Part shown: one piece after another, positions 8,668 through 17,401 of the stretch
Position numbering within the stretch: position 1 is the first letter of the stretch
How the letters are laid out: each line of letters opens with the position of its first letter
From: a virus
Direction: 5' to 3' (one strand)
IMG/VR virus record: IMGVR_UViG_2784746744_000001
Location: 1 to 64,000 of that record
DNA length: 64,000 nucleotides
Translations under genes and position numbers: made by a program
The notes under the pieces: model-generated
Databases searched by the model: none
What the model was told of the DNA's origin: nothing
Seen by the model: the letters and a program-made list of their open reading frames with translations, nothing else

Positions 8668-8906
8668 GCAACGTTTTCAGCAAGCTCGCCGCGCGCGAAT
8701 ACGTCAACGACACCAAGCTCGGTCTGCCATCGACCGACCGCGCGCACTTCGACCGCCGCAAGCACCTGATGTCCGTCCTTGCCGGTGGCAAAGGCTGGCG
8801 CGTCCCGTCCAAGGAACCGGCTCGTCGCGCTGATGGCACCACGCGAGGCGAACGCAAGCGCGCGCTGCGCGAGCGCACTTTCGCTCATCTCCGGGTGGCA
8901 GCATGA
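8664..8906 (+). CDS. hypothetical protein (80 aa)
   Basis: Internal Met of ORF 8430-8906. ATGA overlap with the preceding gene. Confidence 0.45.
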   Translation: MSNVFSKLAAREYVNDTKLGLPSTDRAHFDRRKHLMSVLAGGKGWRVPSKEPARRADGTTRGERKRALRERTFAHLRVAA

Positions 8907-9082
8907 CCAAGTCACCTTGGGGCGGTCCGCCCGTCACCGGCACGCCGCTCGATTACGTGCCGATCAGCGCGCCGCTCGGGGCCGGCATCGACATCCCTGA
9001 CCGACCTTCGCGTCTCGTAGGCTACTACCTCGTCTTCGGCGCCCTGATCATCGGCGTCCTGCTCGGTGCGGTGCTGGTCTGA
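8903..9082 (+). CDS. small membrane peptide (59 aa)
   Basis: ATGA-coupled. C-terminal TM helix YYLVFGALIIGVLLGAVLV. Followed by two more tiny hydrophobic ORFs (about 26 and 37 aa) up to 9276. Confidence 0.35.
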   Translation: MTKSPWGGPPVTGTPLDYVPISAPLGAGIDIPDRPSRLVGYYLVFGALIIGVLLGAVLV

Positions 9083-9276
9083 TGGGATCGCCGTTTAGCT
9101 GGATGCCCACCATCATGATTGTCGGCATCTTCGTGCTGTCGATCTGGCTTTTCGGAGGCTGAAATGGCGGCACTCGCAATCATCGGAGGAGGCGTCATCG
9201 CCTTCTTCCTGGCCTTGGGCGTGGCCACCTACTTCGCCCCGAAATCTACCACCACCACAAAGAGGAGACAGAAATA

Positions 9277-10128
9277 ATGGGTCGCATTTTTGCAGGCATC
9301 CTTGGCTTTTTCGTATTCATCGCCGCGTCGAGCGTTGTGTTCGGCAGCTGGTACACGATCGACGAGGGCGAACGCGGTGTCCTAACCCGCAACGGCGCAG
9401 TCGTAGGAACGGCCACACCTGGCCTCGGATTCAAGATGCCGATCATGGACGGTGTCGAGAAGATCACTGTGCGAACGGAGATCATCCAATTCGACAAGCT
9501 CGGCGCCTACAGCCGTGACCAGCAGTCGGCCGAGATGCGGGTGTCGGTGAACTACCGAATCCTGCCGGACGCCGTGAAGGACGTTTACTCGAACTACGGC
9601 TCTGCTGACGGTATCGCTGCCCGCCTTATCCAGCCGCGCATCTTCGAAACCCTGAAGACAGTATTTGGCCAATTCACCGCTGTGTCTGCCATTCAGGAGC
9701 GCGAGAAACTGAACACAATGGTGCGTGACGCCATCGCCAAGTCCGTCGGCGGCCCGATTGTCATCGAAGGTGTCCAGATCGAAAACATCGATTTCTCCGA
9801 TGCCTACGAGGCCAGCATCGAGCAGCGCATGCTTGCCGAGGTCGAGGTGCAGAAGCTCCGCCAGAACGCCGAGCGCGAGAAAGTGCAGGGCGAAATCACG
9901 GTGACGCAGGCCAACGCAAAGGCCGACGCTGTTCGAGCTGCTGCATCAGCTGAGGCTGAAGCCATCCGGATCCGAGGTGAAGCTGAAGCATCCGCCATCA
10001 AGTCTCGCGGCGCGGCCCTCCGTGACAATCCCGGCCTTGTCGACCTGACGGCAGTCGAAAAGTGGAAGGGCGACCTGCCATCCACGATGGTACCGGGCTC
10101 CGCTCTGCCGTTCGTCGGCATCAAGTAA
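9277..10128 (+). CDS. SPFH/band-7 (stomatin/prohibitin/HflK-C-like) membrane protein
   Basis: 283 aa. N-terminal TM helix, SPFH core, C-terminal coiled coil rich in A/E/R. Confidence 0.8.
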   Translation: MGRIFAGILGFFVFIAASSVVFGSWYTIDEGERGVLTRNGAVVGTATPGLGFKMPIMDGVEKITVRTEIIQFDKLGAYSRDQQSAEMRVSVNYRILPDAVKDVYSNYGSADGIAARLIQPRIFETLKTVFGQFTAVSAIQEREKLNTMVRDAIAKSVGGPIVIEGVQIENIDFSDAYEASIEQRMLAEVEVQKLRQNAEREKVQGEITVTQANAKADAVRAAASAEAEAIRIRGEAEASAIKSRGAALRDNPGLVDLTAVEKWKGDLPSTMVPGSALPFVGIK

Positions 10129-10185
10129 CCACCACTGCGGCTGGCCACCACCAGCCGCAACCATTCCCACCACAGAGGAGAAACC

Positions 10186-10959
10186 ATGGCTATTTCCCTT
10201 GGTAGCTTGAACAGCACCAGAAACAATAAGCCTCCGATCGGCGTCATCTATGGCGTCCACGGCGTCGGCAAGACCGCATTGGCGGCCGAGTTTCCCGATC
10301 CGTACTACCTCCCCACCATGGGCGAGGAGCCGCCGGACGACATCGATATGCCGTCGCCGGGCACCGCTGAGAGCCTTGAAGACATCCTCGATGTCATTGG
10401 CTGGCTTCTCACCGAGGAGCACGACCGAAAGACCTTCATCCTCGACAGCGTTGATGGCGCCGAGAGCCTGGTCTGGAAAGCGACTTGCGCGCGCCTTGGC
10501 CTCAACAGCATCGAGGATGCGGGTTTCGGTAAGGGTTATGTCGAGGCGGACACCGAGTGGCGCGAGCTTCTCGCCGGTCTGCAGGCGCTGCGAGACGCAG
10601 GCATCGCCGTCGTGCTCATTGCTCACACTGAGATCACGCGGTTCGACAGCCCGACCAGCGATCCGTTCTCGCGCTACGGCATCAAACTCCACAAGCGCGC
10701 TTCGGCGCTCGTGCAGGAATGCGCCCAGTTCGTCGGCTTCATCAACTACCGCCATACGCTGAAAGAGAAGGAGGTCGGCTTCAACAAGAAGGTCTCGCAC
10801 GCCGAAGGCAGTGGCGAGCGTCAGATCCACCTCGAGGAGCGTCCCGGCTTTCTCGCCAAGTCGCGGTACGGCACGCCGGCAGCCATCACTTTCAAGAAGG
10901 GCAAGGGCTGGGAGGAGCTGGCCAAATACATGCCTGAGCCGCTCGGGAAGGCCGCCTGA
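10186..10959 (+). CDS. Sak4-like AAA_24 RecA-fold ATPase (phage ssDNA annealing/recombination)
   Basis: Walker A GVHGVGKT. Typical Sak4 length of 257 aa. Followed by DUF669. Confidence 0.75.
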   Translation: MAISLGSLNSTRNNKPPIGVIYGVHGVGKTALAAEFPDPYYLPTMGEEPPDDIDMPSPGTAESLEDILDVIGWLLTEEHDRKTFILDSVDGAESLVWKATCARLGLNSIEDAGFGKGYVEADTEWRELLAGLQALRDAGIAVVLIAHTEITRFDSPTSDPFSRYGIKLHKRASALVQECAQFVGFINYRHTLKEKEVGFNKKVSHAEGSGERQIHLEERPGFLAKSRYGTPAAITFKKGKGWEELAKYMPEPLGKAA

Positions 10960-11123
10960 TGTTCAGCGGTGGCAACTGGTTCGCCTGGTTCCCGGTACTT
11001 GTCCGCACATCTCGCGGCAAGCGTTGGGCCTGGCTTGAGAACGTCTGGCGCGAACGCGTCGTCAGCCAACACGGCAGCGGTCCATACCGCTACTACGCCT
11101 AACCACACAGAGGAGATATTGCG

Positions 11124-11339
11124 ATGGCAATTTTCAAGTCGGATTCGCTCGACGGCATCCTGAACACCTTCAACAAAACGATCACGCGCCTCGATGCCTT
11201 CTCGGCTAAGCGCCAGCAGGATGCCGACGCAGCGGCCACCCTCATCAAGCAGAAGCAGGACGAACAGAAGGCAGCTCTCGACGACGTCACCAAGTCGGCC
11301 GCCGTTCGCTCGAAGATCAGTGACCTGATCGCCGCCTAA
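11124..11339 (+). CDS. hypothetical protein
   Basis: 71 aa. Leader ACACAGAGGAGA. Confidence 0.45.
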   Translation: MAIFKSDSLDGILNTFNKTITRLDAFSAKRQQDADAAATLIKQKQDEQKAALDDVTKSAAVRSKISDLIAA

Positions 11340-11375
11340 CCACCGCCTACCAGACACCACACAAGGAGACCACGC

Positions 11376-11963
11376 ATGGCCAAGATTGGCGTAAGAGTTG
11401 AAGCCACCGAAGAGAACACGCAGCAGCGCGATTTCTCGAACCTTCCAAACGGCGACTATCAGCTGGAAATCAGCGCCTCCGAGATCAAGGAGAAGAACGA
11501 GAACACCCGCGACCACAGCATCAACCTCAGCGTGACGATTGACGTCCTCGCGCCGGAGGAGCTCAAAGGCCGCAAGATTTTCTCGAACTACAACCTGCAG
11601 CATCCGAATTCGCAGGTGCAGGAAATCGGACAGCGTCAGTTTGCCTGCCTCCTTCGCTCGCTCGGCATGCAGGACGCGCCGGAGGATTCCGACGAGTTGC
11701 ACTTCATCTCGTTCTTCGCCCGTATCGGCATGGGTAAGGACAGCAAGGAAAAGAACGCCGACGGCTCGCCGAAGTACGCCGCGCGCAACGAGTTGAAGAA
11801 ATACTTCTATCCGGATGAAGGCAACTTGCCGGAGCCGAAGGTGGACGCCGGTCCCGTCGCGGCAAACGACAATCGTCGCGCGCCTGCCGCATCCAACGAC
11901 AATCGTCAGCCGCCGCAGGCCGACGCCAAGCCGGCCGCCCGTCGTCCTTGGGGCAACAAGTAA
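11376..11963 (+). CDS. DUF669-family phage protein (SSB-like partner of Sak4). C-terminal tail has two ANDN motifs
   Basis: N-terminal MAKIGVRVEATEENTQ...NGDYQLEI is typical of DUF669. Confidence 0.6.
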   Translation: MAKIGVRVEATEENTQQRDFSNLPNGDYQLEISASEIKEKNENTRDHSINLSVTIDVLAPEELKGRKIFSNYNLQHPNSQVQEIGQRQFACLLRSLGMQDAPEDSDELHFISFFARIGMGKDSKEKNADGSPKYAARNELKKYFYPDEGNLPEPKVDAGPVAANDNRRAPAASNDNRQPPQADAKPAARRPWGNK

Positions 11964-12065
11964 CCACCGAATAGCGGGTCGCGACCAACGGCCCGCTACC
12001 GACACAGATGACCCGCCGCGCGGCTCACCACCGTGCGGCAATCACCACATCCAGAGGAGACCACC

Positions 12066-13124
12066 ATGCAGCTGAAAACCAGCCGCACCGAGCTCGCGCG
12101 CGTCGTTGGCGCCGTTGGCAAGGTCATCGAATCCAGAACAACCATCCCAATCTTGTCCAATATCCTGCTAGAAGCCGAGGGCGACCGCCTTCGCCTTACC
12201 GGCACGGATCTCGACATCCAAGCGACGGCCAGCGCTGAGGCTACCATCGCCGAACCTGGCCGTGTCACGGTCAGCGCCAAGTTGCTCGGCGATATCGTCC
12301 GTAAGGCCGGCGCTGATGACATTTCGCTCGATCTGAAGGATGGTCGTCTGACCGTCAAGTCGGGACGATCGCGCTTTACGCTCGAAACTTTGCCGGCATC
12401 GGACTATCCGGATCTCGCGGTCGGCACGTACTCTGCCGAATTCGAGATCGACCTCGCTGCGCTGTTCGCACCTGTGTCGTTCGCGATCTCGACAGAGGAG
12501 ACCCGCTATTACCTGAACGGTGCGTTCTTCCACAGTGAGGAGGGCGCGCGCTCAGTAGCCGTGGCAACTGACGGGCATCGCCTCGCGCGCAACCGCGGCC
12601 CCGAACTGCCCGCTTTCGCCGGGATCATTGTTCCTCGAAAAACAGTCGGCTTGCTGCCGAAGGGTTCGGCTAAGGTATCGGTCTCAGACACGAAGATCCG
12701 CATCGAATCGGCAGGATTCTTGATGGTCTCGAAACTGATCGACGGCACGTTCCCCGACTATCGCCGCGTCATCCCTCAGAACAACGACAAGACCATCGTG
12801 GTGGATCGTGATGAAATGATGCGGGCATCTGACCGCGTCGTCACTGTCAGCAGCGAGCGTGGCCGAGCTGTAAAGCTTAGCGTTGCGCCAGGTTCGATCG
12901 CTCTTGCCGCACGCTCTGACGCAGGCGCCGCAGAGGACGAGGTAGCAGCTGAATATAGCGGCGAGCCTTTCGTCATCGGCTTCAACAGCCAGTACGTTCG
13001 TGACCTGTTCAATGTGCTGCCCGCCGGACCAGTCACAATCAACGCTGCCGACGGCGGCTCACCTGCGATCATCACCGGTGGGCTTGATGGCTGGGACGGC
13101 GTCTTGATGCCCATGCGCGTCTGA
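12066..13124 (+). CDS. dnaN: DNA polymerase III beta sliding clamp (DnaN-like), phage-encoded
   Basis: 352 aa. Three-domain clamp signature (MQLKTSRTEL...ILSNILLEAEG...LRLTGTDLD). Leader CAGAGGAGACCACC. Confidence 0.85.
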   Translation: MQLKTSRTELARVVGAVGKVIESRTTIPILSNILLEAEGDRLRLTGTDLDIQATASAEATIAEPGRVTVSAKLLGDIVRKAGADDISLDLKDGRLTVKSGRSRFTLETLPASDYPDLAVGTYSAEFEIDLAALFAPVSFAISTEETRYYLNGAFFHSEEGARSVAVATDGHRLARNRGPELPAFAGIIVPRKTVGLLPKGSAKVSVSDTKIRIESAGFLMVSKLIDGTFPDYRRVIPQNNDKTIVVDRDEMMRASDRVVTVSSERGRAVKLSVAPGSIALAARSDAGAAEDEVAAEYSGEPFVIGFNSQYVRDLFNVLPAGPVTINAADGGSPAIITGGLDGWDGVLMPMRV

Positions 13125-13438
13125 TGGCAACCATCGAGCAGGAAGGCGGGCTGTGGCGGCCCGCCAACGCAACTGAAGGCCATAATTTCGAGAATAACTG
13201 GTGTCGTCACTGCGCGAATCGCGATGGCGCTGGGGATTGGGAAGATGAGTTTGGCAGTCACGTCGATGGCTCATGTCCGATCGCCGAAGCGATGTTCTGG
13301 TCGCCCCAGTTTCAGCCGGACGAACTCGTGATTCGACATGGCCAGCCTTGGTGCTTGGCATTTCGGCAGGATCCGAAGGTGCCAGCGCGGTGCCTTTTCA
13401 CGGAGGAGATGCCGTTTGGCCCCACTACCCAAATCTGA
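13124..13438 (+). CDS. hypothetical Cys/His-rich protein
   Basis: 104 aa. ATGA-coupled to dnaN. Confidence 0.45.
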   Translation: MATIEQEGGLWRPANATEGHNFENNWCRHCANRDGAGDWEDEFGSHVDGSCPIAEAMFWSPQFQPDELVIRHGQPWCLAFRQDPKVPARCLFTEEMPFGPTTQI

Positions 13439-14351
13439 ATCCAGCACAGTTCGCGCCATATACGCCGCCTATGAGGCTGCCGCGAGCTCGTGGGACAGCC
13501 TCGGCATTTCGGTTGGCGAGGCAAACGCACCTTGCGATCGACAGCTTTGGTATGCGTTTCGCTGGGCATCGCCGCTGGAAAAGCACCACGGCCGCCAGCT
13601 GCGCCTTTTCGCCACTGGTAACATCGAGGAAGACAGGCTCGTGGCCGACCTCGAAGCGATCGGCGTGGACGTCTATGGCCAGCAGGATCGGATTCGTCTG
13701 GTTGGAAGCCATGTCCGTGGCAAGTGCGACGGCAAGGCCATGGGGATAGTCGAAGCGCCGAAGACCGAGCACTTGCTGGAGTTCAAGTCGAGCAACACGA
13801 AGGGCATGAAGCTAATCGTAAAGGAAGGCTGCGAGAAAGCGAAACCGCTCCACTACGGCCAGTGTCAGCTGGGTATGCACGCTTTCGGCCTGTCACGATG
13901 CCTGTATCTCGTCAGCTGCAAGGATGACGATACGCTCTATGCCGAGCGCCTAGTCTACGATCCAGAGTTTTGCATGCGGCTGCTGGCACGCCTTGAGCGG
14001 ATCATCAACGCGCCTGAGCCGCCGTCACGCATCAGCGAAGACCCAGAGTGGTTCGAATGCTTGTTTTGCAAGCACAAGCCAGTCTGCAAGCAGTCGGCGT
14101 GGCCACGCGTGACCTGCCGATCATGTATCCACTCGACGCCTGAGATGGGCGGCGATGGCCACTGGTCATGCGCTCGGTGGGCAAAGCCGATCTCGTTCGA
14201 TGAACAAAAAGAGGGATGCCCTACGCACCTCACCATTCCAGCCTTAGTGCCGGGAGAGCAGATCGACGTCGACGAAGAGGCCGAGACCATCACCTATCGC
14301 CTTACCAACGGCGATCTTTGGACTGACGGCGCCACCAACGCCGCAGCCTGA
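13416..14351 (+). CDS. PD-(D/E)xK nuclease, Cas4/RecB-like with C-terminal Cys cluster (TTG start inferred)
   Basis: D...EFK motif (GIVEAPKTEHLLEFKSS). C-terminal CKHKPVC...C...C cluster. GGAGGAGA 5 nt before the TTG. Confidence 0.6.
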   Translation: MAPLPKSESSTVRAIYAAYEAAASSWDSLGISVGEANAPCDRQLWYAFRWASPLEKHHGRQLRLFATGNIEEDRLVADLEAIGVDVYGQQDRIRLVGSHVRGKCDGKAMGIVEAPKTEHLLEFKSSNTKGMKLIVKEGCEKAKPLHYGQCQLGMHAFGLSRCLYLVSCKDDDTLYAERLVYDPEFCMRLLARLERIINAPEPPSRISEDPEWFECLFCKHKPVCKQSAWPRVTCRSCIHSTPEMGGDGHWSCARWAKPISFDEQKEGCPTHLTIPALVPGEQIDVDEEAETITYRLTNGDLWTDGATNAAA

Positions 14352-14373
14352 CACCACCACAGAGGAGACCACC

Positions 14374-14931
14374 ATGACCCCGGCGAACGATAACCGCCCT
14401 ACACCAAAAAGGCCGGCCGGCTTCGACGCCGCGCTCGAATCCTACCTGCCTTCGCTCCGGAAGCAGGCAAACTATATGGCCGGCACACGTGAGGACGGCG
14501 AAGTCCTCCTGCATGAGACCGTCCTGCGGATGCTCCGCTGCGCCGATAACTGCCGCGTGGAGACGTTCAAAACCTGGGCGCAGTACAAGCTGCTCAACAC
14601 CCACAGTGGCATGAGGGCGGCAGCCCGCAGCCAGTGCCGGTTCGCGCCGACGACGTCACTTACTCCTGCCAACGATAACGACCCGGACGAATTCGCTCGC
14701 ACGATCTCCCAGATGCGGACGGCTGCGACGCAGGAAGCGGATGCTGACTTTGCGGATGCGCTCCGGGTTCTCGGCACCATCAAGGACGGTGACTTGCTTC
14801 TCCGTCGCGCGATGGGTTTTGAGCTCAAGGTCATCGGCGACGAGCTCGGCGTGAGCAAGGAGCGCGTCCGCCAGCGTGAAGAGGCCGCAAGAACGGCGTT
14901 CTGCGCAGCGATGCAGCGGAGTGTCGCCTGA
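14374..14931 (+). CDS. ECF-type sigma-70 family sigma factor (regions 2 and 4). Two ANDN motifs
   Basis: Region 2-like LLHETVLRMLR. Region 4 HTH LKVIGDELGVSKERVRQ. Confidence 0.65.
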   Translation: MTPANDNRPTPKRPAGFDAALESYLPSLRKQANYMAGTREDGEVLLHETVLRMLRCADNCRVETFKTWAQYKLLNTHSGMRAAARSQCRFAPTTSLTPANDNDPDEFARTISQMRTAATQEADADFADALRVLGTIKDGDLLLRRAMGFELKVIGDELGVSKERVRQREEAARTAFCAAMQRSVA

Positions 14932-16721
14932 TGGGTCTTCGATACTATCAGGAAGATGCTGTTGCAGCACTGTTCGATTATTGGGGCGAGGAGGCGGGCA
15001 ATCCGTTGATCGATCTCGCGACCGGCACCGGCAAATCCATGGTCATGGCCACGGTTATCCGCCAGCTTGTCGAAGGCTGGCCGGACATGCGCATCATGGT
15101 CGTGACGCACGTAGCGGAATTGATCGAACAGAACTTCCTCGAACTGCTCAGCGTCTGGAATCAGGCGCCGGCAGGTATCTTCTCGGCCGGCCTCAATCGC
15201 CGTGATGCTCGCAGCCAGATCATCTTCGCCGGCATTCAGACCGTCTGGAACAAGGCCGACCTGATCTGTGGCGCGCGCGTCGTCAATGGTGAGAAGGTTT
15301 ATGACCGACCTATCGACGTCGTTCTTGTCGATGAGTGCCATCTGATTCCGAAAAACAGCGACACTCAATACGGCCAATTCTTCCGCGTCGTGCGCGAGGT
15401 GAATCCGGATCTCAAGATAGTCGGGCTTACCGCGACGCCGTTTCGCCTAGATAGCGGTCGCCTCGATGAGGGCGAGGACCGGATGTTCGACCGCGTGGTC
15501 TACACCTATGGTATCGCCGACGGGGTACGCGACGGCTATCTCGCCCCGCTGTCGTCGAAGCACACCGCCACGGAACTGAGCATGAAGGGCGTGGGCCGTC
15601 TGGGCGCGGACTATAAGCAGTCGGCCATGCAGGCGGCCGTGGATAAGCCGGACGTCACGCAGGCGGCCGTTGACGAGATCGTAGCGAAGGGCGCGGACAA
15701 ACGTTCCTGGCTTTGCTTCTGCTCTGGCGTCGAGCATGCTGAGCACGTTCGCGACGAGATCCGGTCACGCGGAATCAGTTGCGAAATGATCACCGGCGAC
15801 ACGCCCAAGGAAGAGCGCCGGCGCATCATCGAAGACTTCAAGGCCTTCCGGATCCGCGCGTTGACGAACAATTCGGTTTTGACGACCGGCTTCAATCACA
15901 AGGGCGTCGATCTCATCGCGGCTTTGCGGCCGACGCTGTCCGCATCCCTTTACCTGCAGATGATGGGGCGAGGGACGCGCGTGCTCTATGCGCCGGGTAT
16001 GTCGCTGGAAACGCCGGACGAGCGCCGCGCTGCAATTGCCGCTGGTCCGAAGCCATCCTGCTTGGTGCTCGACTTCGCCGGTCTCGTAGACAAGCACGGA
16101 CCAGTGGACATGGTGCAGCCGAAGGAGCCGGGCAGCGGTGATGGCGAAGCGCCGATGAAGATTTGCCCGGTCGATCGTCAGGACAAGAACGACAACTATG
16201 GGTGCGGTGAGAAGCTGCATGCATCGGCGCGGGTCTGCTCATGCTGCGATTATGAGTTCGACATCGACGATAGCCCAAAGATCGCCGGCACAGCTGCCGA
16301 CGTTCCGATCATGACGATGGCTGAGCCGGAATCGCGCAACGTCACCAGTCGCACGTTCCGATTCCATGAAGGGAAGGGCGATAAGCCACCGTCAGTGAAG
16401 GTTACCTTCATGTCTGGCATGACGGCCATCAATGAGTGGCTATGCCCCCAGCATTCCGGTTTTGCAAAGACGAAGGCGGATCGTTTCTGGCTGGCGCACG
16501 GTGGCAACCGGCCTTTCCCACGCGAAGTGATGGAGTGGCTAGAAAGGCAGAGCGAGCTGAAGGAAACAGTGGAGATCACCGTCCAGCCGCGCGGAAAATA
16601 CTGGGATGTGGTCGGGCATGTCGTCGGAGATTATGCAGCGGCAAACGACAACGATGAGCCGCCGGCTAACGATAATCGGCCGGCTTGGACGGACGAATTG
16701 GAGGACGGGATTCCGTTTTGA
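14931..16721 (+). CDS. SF2 DEAD/DEAH-box DNA helicase (res-subunit-like) with C-terminal zinc ribbon. C-terminal ANDN x2
   Basis: Motif I TGTGKS. Motif II VLVDECH. Motif III LTATP. Cys cluster near the C-terminus. Confidence 0.8.
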   Translation: MGLRYYQEDAVAALFDYWGEEAGNPLIDLATGTGKSMVMATVIRQLVEGWPDMRIMVVTHVAELIEQNFLELLSVWNQAPAGIFSAGLNRRDARSQIIFAGIQTVWNKADLICGARVVNGEKVYDRPIDVVLVDECHLIPKNSDTQYGQFFRVVREVNPDLKIVGLTATPFRLDSGRLDEGEDRMFDRVVYTYGIADGVRDGYLAPLSSKHTATELSMKGVGRLGADYKQSAMQAAVDKPDVTQAAVDEIVAKGADKRSWLCFCSGVEHAEHVRDEIRSRGISCEMITGDTPKEERRRIIEDFKAFRIRALTNNSVLTTGFNHKGVDLIAALRPTLSASLYLQMMGRGTRVLYAPGMSLETPDERRAAIAAGPKPSCLVLDFAGLVDKHGPVDMVQPKEPGSGDGEAPMKICPVDRQDKNDNYGCGEKLHASARVCSCCDYEFDIDDSPKIAGTAADVPIMTMAEPESRNVTSRTFRFHEGKGDKPPSVKVTFMSGMTAINEWLCPQHSGFAKTKADRFWLAHGGNRPFPREVMEWLERQSELKETVEITVQPRGKYWDVVGHVVGDYAAANDNDEPPANDNRPAWTDELEDGIPF

Positions 16722-16735
16722 GAGGTTACCAGCGA

Positions 16736-17401
16736 CTAACTCTTCGTTTTTATCCCTTTCTCAAGCTTGTGCTCCAGGCCTCGCATGATCGATGTGCTCA
16801 TGGCTGAAAAAGCTCCCACGGGAGAAAGCTCACGCTTTTTCAGATTCCGGTAAATCGCTTTGCGCGTAGCCATGGGTATCGTCTTGTCGGCTAGTTGTTG
16901 GAAAATGAGTAGTATTTTTTCAGCGTGCTCTGTCCTCATCTCTATTAAATCCGGTCTGTTAAGACCGATAATTTCGATCGTGGACAAGCCTGGAATGGAG
17001 CCGCAATGCCCCGCGACAGGCCCAGCAAAGACAATGTGGTCATCGGGGTCGGTGATGTAGGGATCAATTATTTGGGCGGCGGTAGGATCATCGTTCGATT
17101 TGTTTTGATTACATAATTCGCACGCCAGCGTCAGGTTGTCCCATTTGAAAGTCTTCTTAGGATCTAGTGACTTCGGATAGATATGCTCGACATCACCATG
17201 ATGCACATGTTTGAGTTTAGCTTCGCAATAGGCGCACTTGCCATTTGTCTCAAGGGTTAGGACGCGCTTTATGTCGACGTGTCGATATTTGCTCTTGAGA
17301 CCATCGTTTGCGTTCTTACCTGCAGCAAGGAGATCTGCCAGCCAGGCAGCGCCATTCGTTACAAGCACAGTTGGCTCGGTTAACTTAGAGAGCTTTATCA
17401 T
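16736..17401 (-). CDS. HNH endonuclease, PtuB-like (Septu-like defence partner)
   Basis: CAYCE...HHGDVEHIYP...N...CELCN HNH motif. 4-nt overlap with the upstream ATPase. AT-richer than the surrounding genes. Confidence 0.7.
   Translation of the reverse strand: MIKLSKLTEPTVLVTNGAAWLADLLAAGKNANDGLKSKYRHVDIKRVLTLETNGKCAYCEAKLKHVHHGDVEHIYPKSLDPKKTFKWDNLTLACELCNQNKSNDDPTAAQIIDPYITDPDDHIVFAGPVAGHCGSIPGLSTIEIIGLNRPDLIEMRTEHAEKILLIFQQLADKTIPMATRKAIYRNLKKRELSPVGAFSAMSTSIMRGLEHKLEKGIKTKS

Noticed and set aside
8430-8906. 158-aa ORF spanning 8430-8906
   Set aside because: It runs out of frame across the well-supported 8464-8667 gene. Only its C-terminal part (8664-8906), which has an ATGA-coupled start, looks real.
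10250-10762. 170-aa Arg/Ser-rich ORF in an alternative frame of the Sak4-like gene
   Set aside because: Typical GC-rich shadow ORF. The Sak4 frame carries the Walker A and the conserved family motifs.
14472-15377. 301-aa minus-strand ORF antisense to the sigma factor and helicase genes (and similar long antisense ORFs such as 10821-12041 and 7146-7982)
   Set aside because: These are high-GC antisense shadow ORFs with Arg/Ala/Ser-rich low-complexity translations. The plus-strand genes have family motifs and coupled starts.
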